Part shown: piece by piece, positions 51,535 through 61,714 of the stretch
How positions within the stretch are numbered: the stretch's first letter is position 1
Layout: each line of letters starts with the position of its first letter
Notes under the pieces: model-generated
What the model was told of the DNA's origin: nothing
The model's database searches: none
What the model saw: only the letters and a program-made list of their open reading frames with translations
Translations under genes and position numbers: made by a program
Assembly (NCBI GenBank): GCA_020725555.1
Contig: DYEU01000032.1
Span: 241,656 to 305,655, forward strand
DNA length: 64,000 nucleotides
Direction: 5' to 3'
Origin: Desulfatibacillum sp.
GTDB lineage: Bacteria > Desulfobacterota > Desulfobacteria > Desulfobacterales > SpSt-501

Positions 51535-52776
51535 ATGAAGGTCGGGGTGGGCTACGCCAATTGCGCCGATCCCCGGGCGGCCGGCCGGGAGGCCGCCGCG
51601 CAGGCGCTGGCCGCAGGCGGCATCCGCCGGCCCGATCTCCTCTTCGCCTTCATCGCCGGGACGGTCGCGCCCGATGCGTTTCTCGAGGGGCTGCGTTCCG
51701 TGGTCGGGGAGGCGGCTCCGGTCGTGGGAGGATCGGCGGTCGGCGTCATCACCCCCCGCGAGATCTCCTACCGCGGGCACCCCTGCGGCCTGCTCGCCCT
51801 GGAGGGCGCCGGGACCTGCATCCGGCTCGCCGCCGCGGAGAACCTCGCCGCGGACGAATCCGCAGCCGGTCGGCGGCTGCTCGCGGACCTCGCCCCGGCG
51901 CCGGGGGACGCCTGCCTCCTCGTCTTCTACGACTCCATCCGCCGCCCGCCCTCGTCTCAGGGGGGACCTCCCGAACTCAACGTCTCCGCCCGCCTGCTCG
52001 CCGGGCTCGCCGCCTCCCCGGGACCGGGGCTCCCGGTCTTCGGCGCCGGTCTCTTGGGCGACTACGGGTTCGCCCCGACCGTCCAGTTCCACGGATTCGG
52101 GGCGGGCAGCCAGCGGGCGGTGGGCCTCCTGGTCTCGCGGCGGCTTCTTCCCCGCCATCGCATCATGCATGGCTGCAGCCCGCTCGACGGCGTTCTGCAC
52201 CGGGTCACCCGCGCCGCGGGGAACCTCCTCTTCGAAATCGACGGCCGGCCCGTCGTGGAAATGATCGACGGGCTCTACGGCAGCCGCGAGTGGCGGAGCG
52301 GCCGGCCGGTCGACTTATTGACCATCGGCCGCTACCTCGGGGAGCCCTATTCGGGGACCGACGAGGATCTCACCGTGAACCGGCTGATCACCGGGGTCCT
52401 CCCGGACGGGGCCGGCATCGCGCTCTTCGAACCGGACATCCCGGAGGGCGCCGAGATCCTGTTCATGATCCGCGACGCCGAGAAAATGAACGCCTCGGCG
52501 CGACGGCAGACCGAGGCGCTCCTGGGCGAGATCCGCGCCGCAGGCGAGCGTCCGGTCTTCGGGCTCTACATCGATTGCGCCGGCCGCACCGCCGCCTATT
52601 CCCAGACGAGCACGGAGGAAGCCTCCGAGGTCCAGCGCCTCCTCGGCGCCCACGGGGTCCCTTTCCTGGGCTTTTACTCGGGGGTCGAGATCGCCCCCTG
52701 CGGGGGTGCAAGCCGCGGGCTCGACTGGACCGGCGTGCTCCTCGTCTTCGTGGAGGGCCCCGCCGATGACCGCTGA
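51535..52776 (+). CDS. FIST-domain (FIST_N plus FIST_C) sensory protein
   Basis: About 410 aa. PDLLFAFIAG..., GGSAVGVI and FLGFYSGVEIAP patterns typical of FIST proteins. 11-nt overlap with the downstream kinase gene. Confidence 0.7.
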   Translation: MKVGVGYANCADPRAAGREAAAQALAAGGIRRPDLLFAFIAGTVAPDAFLEGLRSVVGEAAPVVGGSAVGVITPREISYRGHPCGLLALEGAGTCIRLAAAENLAADESAAGRRLLADLAPAPGDACLLVFYDSIRRPPSSQGGPPELNVSARLLAGLAASPGPGLPVFGAGLLGDYGFAPTVQFHGFGAGSQRAVGLLVSRRLLPRHRIMHGCSPLDGVLHRVTRAAGNLLFEIDGRPVVEMIDGLYGSREWRSGRPVDLLTIGRYLGEPYSGTDEDLTVNRLITGVLPDGAGIALFEPDIPEGAEILFMIRDAEKMNASARRQTEALLGEIRAAGERPVFGLYIDCAGRTAAYSQTSTEEASEVQRLLGAHGVPFLGFYSGVEIAPCGGASRGLDWTGVLLVFVEGPADDR

Positions 52777-54466
52777 GCGGCCCGTCTCCGCAGAAGGCCC
52801 CGACACCGGCCCGCCGCAGGACGCTGCCCTGTGGAAGCGCAAGGCGGACTACTTCCGGGCCGTGGCCGAGGAAACGGGCAAGCAGCGGCTGCGGGAGCTC
52901 TTCCATCTCACGCGGCTGATCGCCCGGCACCGGGAAATCGAGCAACGGCTGCTCGAATCCGAGCAGCGCTACCGCACGGTGGTCGAAAACCTGACCGGCG
53001 GGATGCTCGTCATCGCCGGGGGCCGCATCGTGTTCGCCAACCGGGCGGCCCTCAGATTTCTGGGCCTTCGCCTGGAGGAGCTGCTCGCCGACCCGGATCC
53101 GTTCCGCCACGTCCATCCCGAGGAGCGTGAGGCGGTCCGCGCCCGGCACCAAGCGCGCCTGGCGGGCCGTCCCGTCCCCGACCCCTTCGTTTTCCGGCTG
53201 GTCACCGAGGCCGGGGAGACGCGCTGGGTGGAGGTGACGGGGGCCCCGCTGGAGTGGGAGGGAAAGCCCGCAGCCCTCAACTTTCTCATGGACGTCACCG
53301 AGCGCGTGCGCGCCGCCGAGCGCGAGAAGCAGCTCGCCGAGCAGCTGCACCGCGCGCAGAAAATGGAGGCCCTCGGCACGCTCGCAGGCGGGATCGCCCA
53401 CGACTTCAACAACCTCATGGCCTCGGCGCTCGCCCACGTTTCGCTGCTGCTCTGCGAGGCCGACCCCTCCCACCCCTGGCACGAGCCCCTGACGCAGATC
53501 GAGCGCCAGATCCGCCGGGGCGCGCAGCTCACCTCGCGGCTGCTCGCCCACCTGCGCCGCCGGCCGGACCGCAAAACGCCCGTCGACCTAAACCGCCTGG
53601 TCCGCGAGGTGCTCGACGTCTTCGGCCGGACCCGCAAGGACATCCGGCTCGTCACCGAGCTCGAGGCGGTTCCGTCCATCCTCGCCGACGAAACCCAGAT
53701 CGAGCAGGTCCTGCTCAACCTGTTCGTCAACGCCGCCGACGCCATGCCCGAGGGCGGAACGCTCACCGTCCAGAGTCGCCCCCTCGATCTTCCCGGGGAA
53801 GCGCCCACGGCCGAGGCGGCCCCCGGCGTCGAGCTGGCGGTCGCCGACACCGGGGTCGGCATGACGCCCGACGTCTTGGAGCGAATCTTCGACCCCTTCT
53901 TCACGACCAAGGAATACGGCCGCGGGACGGGCCTCGGGCTCGCTTCGGTCTTCGGGATCGTCCGGGGGCACGGCGGCCGCATTGACGTCGCCTCCCGGCC
54001 CGGCTGCGGGACGCGGTTCACCCTCTGGTTCCCGGCGACGGAGGCGGGCGCCCCGGCGGAACCGGCCGCCGCCCCCGCCCCAAGCCGCGCCTGCCGCCGG
54101 CTGACCGTCCTTCTCGTCGACGACGAGCCTGCGGTCATCGAGTCGGCCTCCCGCATGCTCGAGCGGCTGGGTTTTTCCGTGATCCGGGCGCCGGGGGGCG
54201 CGGAGGCCCTCGCGCTCTTCTCCCGGCACGGGGACGAGATCGACCTCGTGGTCCTCGATGTCGTCATGCCCGGAACCGGCGGGGAGGCGGTCTATCGCCG
54301 CATCCGCGAAATGCGGCCGGAGACGCGCATCCTGGTCGCCAGCGGCTACGACCTGGGCGGGAAGATGACCCCCCTGCTGCGCCAAGGCCGCGACGGCTTC
54401 ATTCAAAAGCCCTTCGATCTGCAGGAACTCTCGCAGGCGATCGCCGCGGTGCTCTCCAACCCGTGA
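52766..54466 (+). CDS. Hybrid sensor histidine kinase (coiled coil, PAS, HisKA, HATPase, C-terminal receiver)
   Basis: PAS (SEQRYRTVVENLTGGMLVI), H-box GGIAHDFNNLM, G-boxes DTGVGM and GTGLGLASV. REC LLVDDEP...LDVVMPG. Confidence 0.88.
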   Translation: MTAERPVSAEGPDTGPPQDAALWKRKADYFRAVAEETGKQRLRELFHLTRLIARHREIEQRLLESEQRYRTVVENLTGGMLVIAGGRIVFANRAALRFLGLRLEELLADPDPFRHVHPEEREAVRARHQARLAGRPVPDPFVFRLVTEAGETRWVEVTGAPLEWEGKPAALNFLMDVTERVRAAEREKQLAEQLHRAQKMEALGTLAGGIAHDFNNLMASALAHVSLLLCEADPSHPWHEPLTQIERQIRRGAQLTSRLLAHLRRRPDRKTPVDLNRLVREVLDVFGRTRKDIRLVTELEAVPSILADETQIEQVLLNLFVNAADAMPEGGTLTVQSRPLDLPGEAPTAEAAPGVELAVADTGVGMTPDVLERIFDPFFTTKEYGRGTGLGLASVFGIVRGHGGRIDVASRPGCGTRFTLWFPATEAGAPAEPAAAPAPSRACRRLTVLLVDDEPAVIESASRMLERLGFSVIRAPGGAEALALFSRHGDEIDLVVLDVVMPGTGGEAVYRRIREMRPETRILVASGYDLGGKMTPLLRQGRDGFIQKPFDLQELSQAIAAVLSNP

Positions 54467-54497
54467 GCCGGGGAGGGGGGATGCGGACCGCCGCCGC

Positions 54498-55544
54498 TCA
54501 GGCGGGGATCTCCTGGCTCAGGCAGTGAAGCGTGCCCAGGCCCCAGACCAGATCCAGAGCGTGGATCCCGATCACCGTGCGGCCGGGCAGCAGTTCGGCC
54601 AGGAGGCCGAGTGCCGCGCGGTCGCGCGGGTCGTTGAAGGTGGGGACGAGGACGCTTTCGTTGGTGATGAGGAAGTTCGCGTAGCTTGCGGGGAGGCGCA
54701 GGTCCTCGAAATCGACCCGGCCGGGAAGCGGGAGCGGCACGACCTCCAGGCGCCTGCCGTCCTCGAGGCGAGCGCCCTCGAGGCGCTCCCGGTTTGCGGC
54801 GAGCCGGCGGTGGTTGGGGTCGCGCGCGTCGTCCTCCACGCAGGCGACGACGGTGGTGGGGTTGACGAAGCGGCAAATGTCGTCCACGTGGCCGTGGGTG
54901 TCGTCGCCCTCGATGCCCCGATCCAGCCAGATCACGTTCGTGACGCCCAGGTAGTCCCGGAACACGGACTCGTAGTCCGCGCGGCCGAATCCCGGGTTGC
55001 GCACCTGGACCCGGGTTTCGAGCAGGCATTCCTCGGTCGTGATCAGGGTGCCCCGGCCGTTCACCTCGATCGCCCCCCCCTCGAGCACGACCGGCCGGCC
55101 GCGGTGCCGGACGGGAACCCGGGGGATCCGCAGAGCGCGCGCGGCCGCTTCCGGGACGCGGCGGTCGAGGCGGTGGTTGCCGTATTTCGCCCAGCCCGTG
55201 AAACGGAACTCGAGCGCCTCGCGACCGCCCTCCGCCGTCCGGACGACGATCGGGCCCGAATCCCGCATCCAGCAGCGGTTGGTGCGCTGGAGGAGAAAGC
55301 GGATACGCGCGAGCGGCACACGGGCCCTGCGGAGGAGATCGCGGACCGCCGCGCGGTGCTCCGGGGAGGCGACCAGGAGGAGCACGGGTTCGGCCTCGGC
55401 GACCCGGCGGATAAACTCGACGAAGGCCCAGCGGATCGCACCGAATTTCCCGGGCCAGTCGCGGCCGTCGGCGGGAAAGGCGAGCAGTGTCGCCTCGTGC
55501 GGCTCCCACTCGGCCGGCCGGCGGCGCGCGGGCGGGGGGCTCAT
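54498..55544 (-). CDS. aguA: Agmatine deiminase
   Basis: PAD_porph family motifs WMRDSGP, GGAIEVNGRGTLITTEECLL, DDTHGHVD and the C-terminal GTLHCLSQ catalytic Cys. ATGA-type overlap with aguB. Confidence 0.88.
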   Translation of the reverse strand: MSPPPARRRPAEWEPHEATLLAFPADGRDWPGKFGAIRWAFVEFIRRVAEAEPVLLLVASPEHRAAVRDLLRRARVPLARIRFLLQRTNRCWMRDSGPIVVRTAEGGREALEFRFTGWAKYGNHRLDRRVPEAAARALRIPRVPVRHRGRPVVLEGGAIEVNGRGTLITTEECLLETRVQVRNPGFGRADYESVFRDYLGVTNVIWLDRGIEGDDTHGHVDDICRFVNPTTVVACVEDDARDPNHRRLAANRERLEGARLEDGRRLEVVPLPLPGRVDFEDLRLPASYANFLITNESVLVPTFNDPRDRAALGLLAELLPGRTVIGIHALDLVWGLGTLHCLSQEIPA

Positions 55545-56443
55545 GGCCGGCCCCGCGGCCCGTCCAGGAAACGCGCGAGCAGCCCCGCGTAGGCGTCGAT
55601 GCGGCGGTCGCGCAGAAAGGGCCAGTTGCGCCGCACCGCCTCGAGGTGCGCGGGGTCGACCGTGGCGAGAAGGATCTCCTCGGCCCCGGCCCCGGCCCGG
55701 CAAAGCATCTCCCCCTGGGGGCCGACGACGAAGGAATGGCCCCAGAACTCGATCCCTTCCCCATGGGGGACGGGCCGCTCGCGGCCGACGCGGTTGACCG
55801 CGGCGAGGTAGACGCCGTTGGCCACGGCGTGGCCGCGCTGGACGGTCACCCAGGCATCGAGCTGGCGTTCGCCCAAGGGTTCTTTTTCCCGCGGGTGCCA
55901 GCCGATCGCCGTCGGGATCACCACGACGCAGGCGCCCTGCAGGGCGCTCAGGCGGGCGGCCTCCGGAAACCACTGGTCCCAGCAGATCAATACCCCGACG
56001 GGCCCGACGGCGGTCTCGAAGGCGAAGGCCTCCCGGTCGCCCGGGGTGAAATAGAACTTCTCGTAGTACCCGGGATCGTCGGGGATGTGCATCTTGCGGT
56101 AGAGCCCGGCCAGACGGCCGTCGGCGTCGAGGATGAGCGCGCTGTTGTGGTAGAGGCCGGGGGCGCGGCGCTCGAAAATGGGGACCACGAGGACGACCCC
56201 GAGCTCGGCTGCGAGCGCTGAAAACGCCTGCGCCGAGGGGCCCTCCGCGGTCTCGGCGAGGTCGAAGAACCGGGGATCCTCCGTCTGGCAGAAATAGGGG
56301 GAGCGGTAGAGCTCGGGGAGGCAGATGAGCCGCGCGCCGCGGGCGGCCGCATCCCGGACCCCCTGCAGGGCTTTTTCGAGGTTTTCCTCGGGGGTGCCGT
56401 CGAGCGCAAGCTGCAGCAGTCCGATCTGAAAAGGCGAACCCAT
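55541..56443 (-). CDS. aguB: N-carbamoylputrescine amidase (carbon-nitrogen hydrolase family)
   Basis: CN-hydrolase triad context (LPELY, YRKMHIP, LICWDQWFPE). Coupled to aguA. Confidence 0.85.
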   Translation of the reverse strand: MGSPFQIGLLQLALDGTPEENLEKALQGVRDAAARGARLICLPELYRSPYFCQTEDPRFFDLAETAEGPSAQAFSALAAELGVVLVVPIFERRAPGLYHNSALILDADGRLAGLYRKMHIPDDPGYYEKFYFTPGDREAFAFETAVGPVGVLICWDQWFPEAARLSALQGACVVVIPTAIGWHPREKEPLGERQLDAWVTVQRGHAVANGVYLAAVNRVGRERPVPHGEGIEFWGHSFVVGPQGEMLCRAGAGAEEILLATVDPAHLEAVRRNWPFLRDRRIDAYAGLLARFLDGPRGRP

Positions 56444-56540
56444 GCCGAAACCGCCTTTGCCGCCCCGCGGGGATGCCCCCCACCGGGCGGCCCGCCGGAT
56501 CCATCTGCCCGGGCGCCGGCCGGGGCCATGCTCTACTGTG

Positions 56541-56577
56541 AAAAATCAGGGGCCCGCCGCTTCCGGCCGAGCCCCTG
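56541..56577 (-). terminator. Rho-independent terminator after dsrP
   Basis: On the minus strand, CAGGGGC, a 17-nt loop and GCCCCTG are followed by ATTTTTC. It begins 27 nt after the dsrP stop. Confidence 0.6.
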
Positions 56578-56603
56578 GGGCGCGCGTTCTTTCGCGGCTG
56601 GGG

Positions 56604-57761
56604 TCAGGCGCGCACTTCCTCCTTCACCCCGATGGCGATCTTGTAGAGCACGGTCAGGACGAAGAACCCGAGCCCGTAGACCCCGATCGTGATCAGCCCC
56701 TCGAGCAGGGTGGGGATATACTCGTTCACCTCGTGCAGGGGGTTGGGGACGAAGCCGCCCGAGATCATGCCCAGCCCCTTGTCGATCCAGCAGCCGAAGA
56801 AAACGGCCAGGCAGCCGACGATCAGCGTCCCCTCGGTCTTGCGGGTCACCGGGTTGACGAGCAGGATGATGCCGAGCACCATGAGCGCCATCGCCGCCCA
56901 CATCCAGGGGACATAGGCCCCGTGGCCGTGAAGCCCGACGAAGAGGTACTTGATGTGGTCCATGTGCTCGGGGATCTGGCTGTAGAAGGCGACGAAGACC
57001 TCGCAGAGGAAGAAGAAGACGTTGACGCAGATCGCGTAGGCGACCGTGACCGCGAGCGACTGGATCTGCTTCCAGCCCGGGTCGAAGTTGCTGACGCGGC
57101 GGATGATGAGGCACAGCAGGATCAGCAGCGCCGGCCCCGAGGCGAAGGCCGAGGAGAGAAACCGCGGGGCGAGGATCGCGGTCAGCCAGAACCCGCGGCC
57201 GGGGAGGCCGCAGTAGAGGTAGGCCGTCACCGTGTGGATGCTGATCGCCCAGGGGATCGAAAGGTAGATCAGCGGCTTGAGCCAGCCCTGGTAATGGACG
57301 CCGTTGCGCTCGGCCTCGAGCACGTTCCAGCCGATGATCAGGTTGAGGAGCAGGTAGCCGTTCAGCACGATCGTGTCCCAGAAGAGCACCGAGTTCGGCG
57401 TGGGGTAGAGAAGCACGTTCAGCACGCGCATCGGCTGCCCGAGGTCGACGAGGATGAAGGTGATGCACATCACGACGGCGGCGATGGCGAGGAACTCGCC
57501 CAGGATCGTCACCTTGCCGTAGGCCTTGTAGTCATGGAGGTAGTAGGGCAGCACCACCATGACGCCCCCCGCCGCCACCCCGACGAGAAAGGTGAAGTTG
57601 GCGATGTAGAAGCCCCAGGAGACATCCCGGTTCATCCCGGTGATGCCCAGGCCCACGTCCAGCTGCCTCAGGTAGACGAGGAACCCGACCCCGACCAGCC
57701 CGAGCAGGAAGATCATCCACCCATAGTAGCGTTTGGACCCCTTGACGGCGAACTCGAGCAT
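56604..57761 (-). CDS. dsrP: DsrP (NrfD/PsrC-type integral membrane quinone-interacting subunit)
   Basis: 385 aa, about 10 TM, NrfD-like. Last gene of the M-K-J-O-P order. Confidence 0.85.
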   Translation of the reverse strand: MLEFAVKGSKRYYGWMIFLLGLVGVGFLVYLRQLDVGLGITGMNRDVSWGFYIANFTFLVGVAAGGVMVVLPYYLHDYKAYGKVTILGEFLAIAAVVMCITFILVDLGQPMRVLNVLLYPTPNSVLFWDTIVLNGYLLLNLIIGWNVLEAERNGVHYQGWLKPLIYLSIPWAISIHTVTAYLYCGLPGRGFWLTAILAPRFLSSAFASGPALLILLCLIIRRVSNFDPGWKQIQSLAVTVAYAICVNVFFFLCEVFVAFYSQIPEHMDHIKYLFVGLHGHGAYVPWMWAAMALMVLGIILLVNPVTRKTEGTLIVGCLAVFFGCWIDKGLGMISGGFVPNPLHEVNEYIPTLLEGLITIGVYGLGFFVLTVLYKIAIGVKEEVRA

Positions 57762-57769
57762 CTCTCACC

Positions 57770-58552
57770 TCACACGATATAGTAGACGGCGGGTTCGGTT
57801 CCCAGGTTGACCTTGCGCCGGAGGGTGTAGTTTTTCCGGACCCACTGATGGGCTTCGGAGGCTGGGTCGTAGAGGTCGCCGAAGGCGATCTTTCCGCCCG
57901 CCGCCTCGACGCAGGCCGGCCGTTTGCCCTCGGCCAGCCGTTCCGCGCAGAAGCTGCACTTTTCCACGACCCCCTTCATGCGCGTGGGAAAGAGCTTGTT
58001 GGTGTGCTTCAGGTAGGGGCGCGGATCGGTGTAGTTGAAGCTGCGGGCGCCGAAGGGGCAGGCGGCCATGCAGAAGCGGCAGCCGATGCAGCGGTGGAAG
58101 TCCATCATGACGATGCCGTCTTCGCGCTTGAAGGTCGCCTTGGTGGGGCAGGCGCGCACGCAGGGCGGGTTTTCGCACTGGTTGCAGAGCACGAGGAAGG
58201 GCCGCTTCTCGACCGCGTCGGCGAGGAAGCGGTCCGAGGAGGTGCCGCTGAAGGCGTGCTTGTACTCGGTCGCCCAGATCCACTTGATCTCCCAGCGCTT
58301 GAGCTCGAAGTGGGGGACGTTGTGGATGCGGTGACAGGCCTCGATCAGGGGCTCGACGTCGGCTTCCGAGGCGAACCGCCGGGTATCGATCACCATGGCC
58401 CACTGCTTGGCCTTGAGCTGCTCGCGGCCGGGTCCCACCCGGGGCCGACCCGCGGCCGGATCGGCCGCCAGCGCATCGTAGACCGGCTTGACCGTCAGCG
58501 CGGCCGCCGAGAGGCCGAGGAGCTGCAGGACGCGTCTTCTGCGGATGTCCAT
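57770..58552 (-). CDS. dsrO: DsrO (periplasmic 4Fe-4S ferredoxin-like subunit, Tat signal)
   Basis: Twin-arginine leader MDIRRRRVLQLLGLSAAAL. Cys clusters CNQCENPPCVRACP and CIGCRFCMAACP. Confidence 0.88.
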   Translation of the reverse strand: MDIRRRRVLQLLGLSAAALTVKPVYDALAADPAAGRPRVGPGREQLKAKQWAMVIDTRRFASEADVEPLIEACHRIHNVPHFELKRWEIKWIWATEYKHAFSGTSSDRFLADAVEKRPFLVLCNQCENPPCVRACPTKATFKREDGIVMMDFHRCIGCRFCMAACPFGARSFNYTDPRPYLKHTNKLFPTRMKGVVEKCSFCAERLAEGKRPACVEAAGGKIAFGDLYDPASEAHQWVRKNYTLRRKVNLGTEPAVYYIV

Positions 58553-58942
58553 TTACCGGGCCTCCTTGGGATTCTCGATGTGGCAGTCCCAGCAGTAGGG
58601 ACGCACCGAGGCGTAGTTGTGGCACTTGTCGCAGAACTCGGCCTTGTTGGAGTGACAGTCGAGGCAGGTGTTGGAGAGGCTCATCACGAACTCCCGGCCC
58701 TTGGGGTTGGTGTAGATGCGGTTTCCTTCCCGCACGACCGTCTCGCGCCAGAGGTCGAGGATCTGCATGTGCTCGGCCTTCATGTAGTCCCGCGCCAGGA
58801 CGCATTCTTTCTCGGCCTTCGCCTTCTCCGTGAGTTTCACCTCGGGCGGCGGCACGGCCCGCCCGCGGTTGTACCAGAACGGGAAGAGGACGATCAGGAG
58901 AAAGACGACAAGCCCGCTGACGATCCAACGCTTATCCTTCAT
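58553..58942 (-). CDS. dsrJ: DsrJ (membrane-anchored triheme cytochrome c)
   Basis: Three CxxCH motifs (CLDCH, CDKCH, CWDCH). N-terminal TM anchor. Confidence 0.88.
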   Translation of the reverse strand: MKDKRWIVSGLVVFLLIVLFPFWYNRGRAVPPPEVKLTEKAKAEKECVLARDYMKAEHMQILDLWRETVVREGNRIYTNPKGREFVMSLSNTCLDCHSNKAEFCDKCHNYASVRPYCWDCHIENPKEAR

Positions 58943-60581
58943 CGCTCTGGCCCTCCGCCTGTGCCATGAGTTCCTCGAACTCCTCCCCGCGCAGGTTGGT
59001 CGTGCGTTCGTTCTGCCCCGGCAAATTGAGCGCGTTGGCGACCAGCTCGTGCACGCCGGTCACCTGGACCCCCGGCACCCAGTAGTCCATCAGGGCCGGC
59101 AGGGCCGCGCGGTCGATCGCGCAGATGCAGGCGAGCATGTTGACGCCGTATTTGCGGTGGACGTGCTGGACGGCGTTCGCCCGCGGCAGCCCGCCGGCCA
59201 GCCGCAGCTCCATGTTTTCGCCGGCGTTCAGGCCGGCCCCCGAGCCGCAGCAGAAGGTCTGCTCGCGGATCGTGTTGGCCGGCATCTCGTAGAAGTGGTT
59301 GCAGACGTTGCGGATGACGTAGCGCGGCTCCTCGAAGAAGCCCATTCCGCGCGAGGGGTTGCAGGAGTCGTGGAAGGTGACCTTGAGGTAATCGTTGCGG
59401 CGCGGGTCGAGATCGAGCTTGCCGTGGTGGATGAGATCGGCGGTGAACTCGACGAGGTGGACCATCTTGGTCGAGCGCGCCTGCTCGAAGCGCGTCCCGG
59501 TGATCGGGTTGACGGGGACCTCGAGAAAGTCCGCCGGCCCGTTCATCGTGTCCATGTACTGGTGGATCACGCGCCACATGTGGCCGCACTCGCCGCCCAG
59601 GATCCATTTCACCTTGAGCCGCTTCGCCTCGGCGTACATCTTGGCGTTCAGCCGCTTCATGGTTTCATGCGAGGTGAAGAAGCCGAAGTTGCCTCCCTCC
59701 GAGGCGTAGGTGCTCCAGGTGACCTTCAGGCCGTATTTCTCCTCCAGGTAGTGGAAGAGCATGAGGTAGCCCATCGCCGTGTAGGTCCCCGGGTCGGCGA
59801 AGACGTCCCCCGAGGGGGTGATGAAGAGGATGTCCGCGCCCTTCTCCATGAAGCGCGGCTTGACGCGCACGCCGGTTTTCTCCTCGATGTCGTCCACGAA
59901 GAAATCGATCATGTCCTTGAAGGCGTGCGGCTGGATCCCCAGGTGGTTGCCGTTCATGTAGCAGTTGGCGACCGGGGTGGCGATCCAGTCGATGTTGAGT
60001 CCCAAGAGGTTCAACAGCTCGCGGCCCATGATCGTGATCTCGGCGGTGTCGATGCCGTAGGGGCAGAAGAGCGAACAGCGGCGGCACTCCGAGCACTGGA
60101 AGAGGTAGTACCACCACTCGCGCAGCACCTCGAAGCTCATGGGCCGGGCGCCGTTGACCTTGCCGAGGAGGCGGCCCATGCGGCTGAAGTCGTTGCGGTA
60201 GACGGAGCGCAGCAGCTCGGCGCGCAAGACCGGCATGTTCTTGGGGTCGCCGGTGCCGATGAAGTAGTGGCACTTGTCGGCGCAGGCGCCGCAGCGCACG
60301 CAGATGTCCATGAAGACCTTAAAGGAGCGGAAGCGCTCGAGCCGCTCCTTGAAGCCCTCGTGGAGGATCTGCTGCCAGTTCTCGGGAAGGTGCCAGTCGT
60401 CCTCGACGGGGTTCCAGGCGTGGGGGTGGGGCAGCCCGAGCGTCGCGACACTCTTCGGGTTGGCGGCGTAGCAATACATCCCCTTGCGGATCTCGACCGG
60501 GGTCTCCATCCAGTCGCTGCGCGGCGGGGTGTGCTGGATCCGGTGCAACACGTCCTGCGGGGTCGGTTTCGCTTCGGCCAT
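58932..60581 (-). CDS. dsrK: DsrK (HdrD-like cytoplasmic Fe-S subunit with CCG domains)
   Basis: CVRCGACADKCH and CSECRRCSLFCP ferredoxin motifs. CCG-type CCGSGAG near the C-terminus. 549 aa. Confidence 0.9.
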   Translation of the reverse strand: MAEAKPTPQDVLHRIQHTPPRSDWMETPVEIRKGMYCYAANPKSVATLGLPHPHAWNPVEDDWHLPENWQQILHEGFKERLERFRSFKVFMDICVRCGACADKCHYFIGTGDPKNMPVLRAELLRSVYRNDFSRMGRLLGKVNGARPMSFEVLREWWYYLFQCSECRRCSLFCPYGIDTAEITIMGRELLNLLGLNIDWIATPVANCYMNGNHLGIQPHAFKDMIDFFVDDIEEKTGVRVKPRFMEKGADILFITPSGDVFADPGTYTAMGYLMLFHYLEEKYGLKVTWSTYASEGGNFGFFTSHETMKRLNAKMYAEAKRLKVKWILGGECGHMWRVIHQYMDTMNGPADFLEVPVNPITGTRFEQARSTKMVHLVEFTADLIHHGKLDLDPRRNDYLKVTFHDSCNPSRGMGFFEEPRYVIRNVCNHFYEMPANTIREQTFCCGSGAGLNAGENMELRLAGGLPRANAVQHVHRKYGVNMLACICAIDRAALPALMDYWVPGVQVTGVHELVANALNLPGQNERTTNLRGEEFEELMAQAEGQSDEG

Positions 60582-60587
60582 GTCCGG

Positions 60588-61646
60588 TCACTCCTTTTCC
60601 TGGGCGGCTTCGTCGGCGGCGTCGGCAAGCGGCTTTTCCACGGGCAGCCCGGCCTCGACCATCTTGTCGCGGAACTCCTCCTCGTATTCCTCGTAGGTGT
60701 GCACGGGGACGGGATAGTTCCACGGGTTGACGTGCCGGTAGGCGCGCGTGTCGCCGCGCAGGTTGCGCGTGGGGCTGAGGAACACCCCCCCCAGATGCAT
60801 CAGCTTGCTGTACGGGAAGTAGGCGAGCAGCGTGCACACGAGGAACAGATGGATGTAGAAGACCGCCCCGATGCCCTCGGGCACGGTCGGCCGGAAGGTG
60901 ACCAGCCCCAGCGTGAGCTCCTTGACGGCCCGGATGTCCACCTTGGTCACGTAGCGCATGAGGATGCCGCTGAAGGCGATGCCGAAGATGAGCAGCAGCG
61001 GGAAGTAGTCCGAGGCAAGCGAGACGTAGCGCACCGAGGGGATCACGATGCGGCGCAGGGCGAGGTAGACCACCGCGGCGAGCAGGACGAAGCCCGAGAG
61101 GTAGACGGCGGGCAGGCCGAACTGGACGCCGGGGTAGAGGATCTCGACGCGGAAGAAGCTGTCGAGCGTCTCCAGCACCTGGATGCACCATGGGGTGGGC
61201 TCAAGGAAAAAGCGGGTGTGCCGCAAGAGCACGGTCAGAAAGGCGTAGTGGAAGGCGAGCGCCCCCACCCAGAGGAAGATCTCGAGCTGGTAGGTGAGCT
61301 TTTCCTCCTTGAGCCGCATGCGTGTGTTGCGGAAAAGGGAGCGGAAGGTCAGCACCTCGAAGAGCAGGCGCAGGAAGACCCCCCAGTTGCTCGCGGGGTT
61401 GTCGATCTTCGCCTGGGGGATCCAGGGGAAGGACCTTCCCTGACCGGCGGTCGTGGGGATGGCGAAGGGGACGGGCGAGGCCGCCCAGGAGAGCACCTTG
61501 CGCGCGAAGCCCACCACGAAGACGACGACCGCCGCGTAGGGGATCACGACCCCGAAGAGCCATCCCAGACCGGCCGCCGCCCCGAGCCAGGAAACGAGGA
61601 AAAGCACGAAGACGACGAGGAATGCGAACAGGTAGCGTGTGTTCAT
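60588..61646 (-). CDS. dsrM: DsrM (NarI-like dihaem cytochrome b membrane subunit)
   Basis: Nitrate reductase gamma-like TM pattern with conserved His (AFHYAF, YIHLFLV). First gene of dsrMKJOP. Confidence 0.88.
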   Translation of the reverse strand: MNTRYLFAFLVVFVLFLVSWLGAAAGLGWLFGVVIPYAAVVVFVVGFARKVLSWAASPVPFAIPTTAGQGRSFPWIPQAKIDNPASNWGVFLRLLFEVLTFRSLFRNTRMRLKEEKLTYQLEIFLWVGALAFHYAFLTVLLRHTRFFLEPTPWCIQVLETLDSFFRVEILYPGVQFGLPAVYLSGFVLLAAVVYLALRRIVIPSVRYVSLASDYFPLLLIFGIAFSGILMRYVTKVDIRAVKELTLGLVTFRPTVPEGIGAVFYIHLFLVCTLLAYFPYSKLMHLGGVFLSPTRNLRGDTRAYRHVNPWNYPVPVHTYEEYEEEFRDKMVEAGLPVEKPLADAADEAAQEKE

Positions 61647-61714
61647 CGATCGGCACCTCTCGATCCGTCTTTGCCCGGGGCGGCCGGGGGGCCGCCCGGA
61701 AGGGCATCCCGAGT

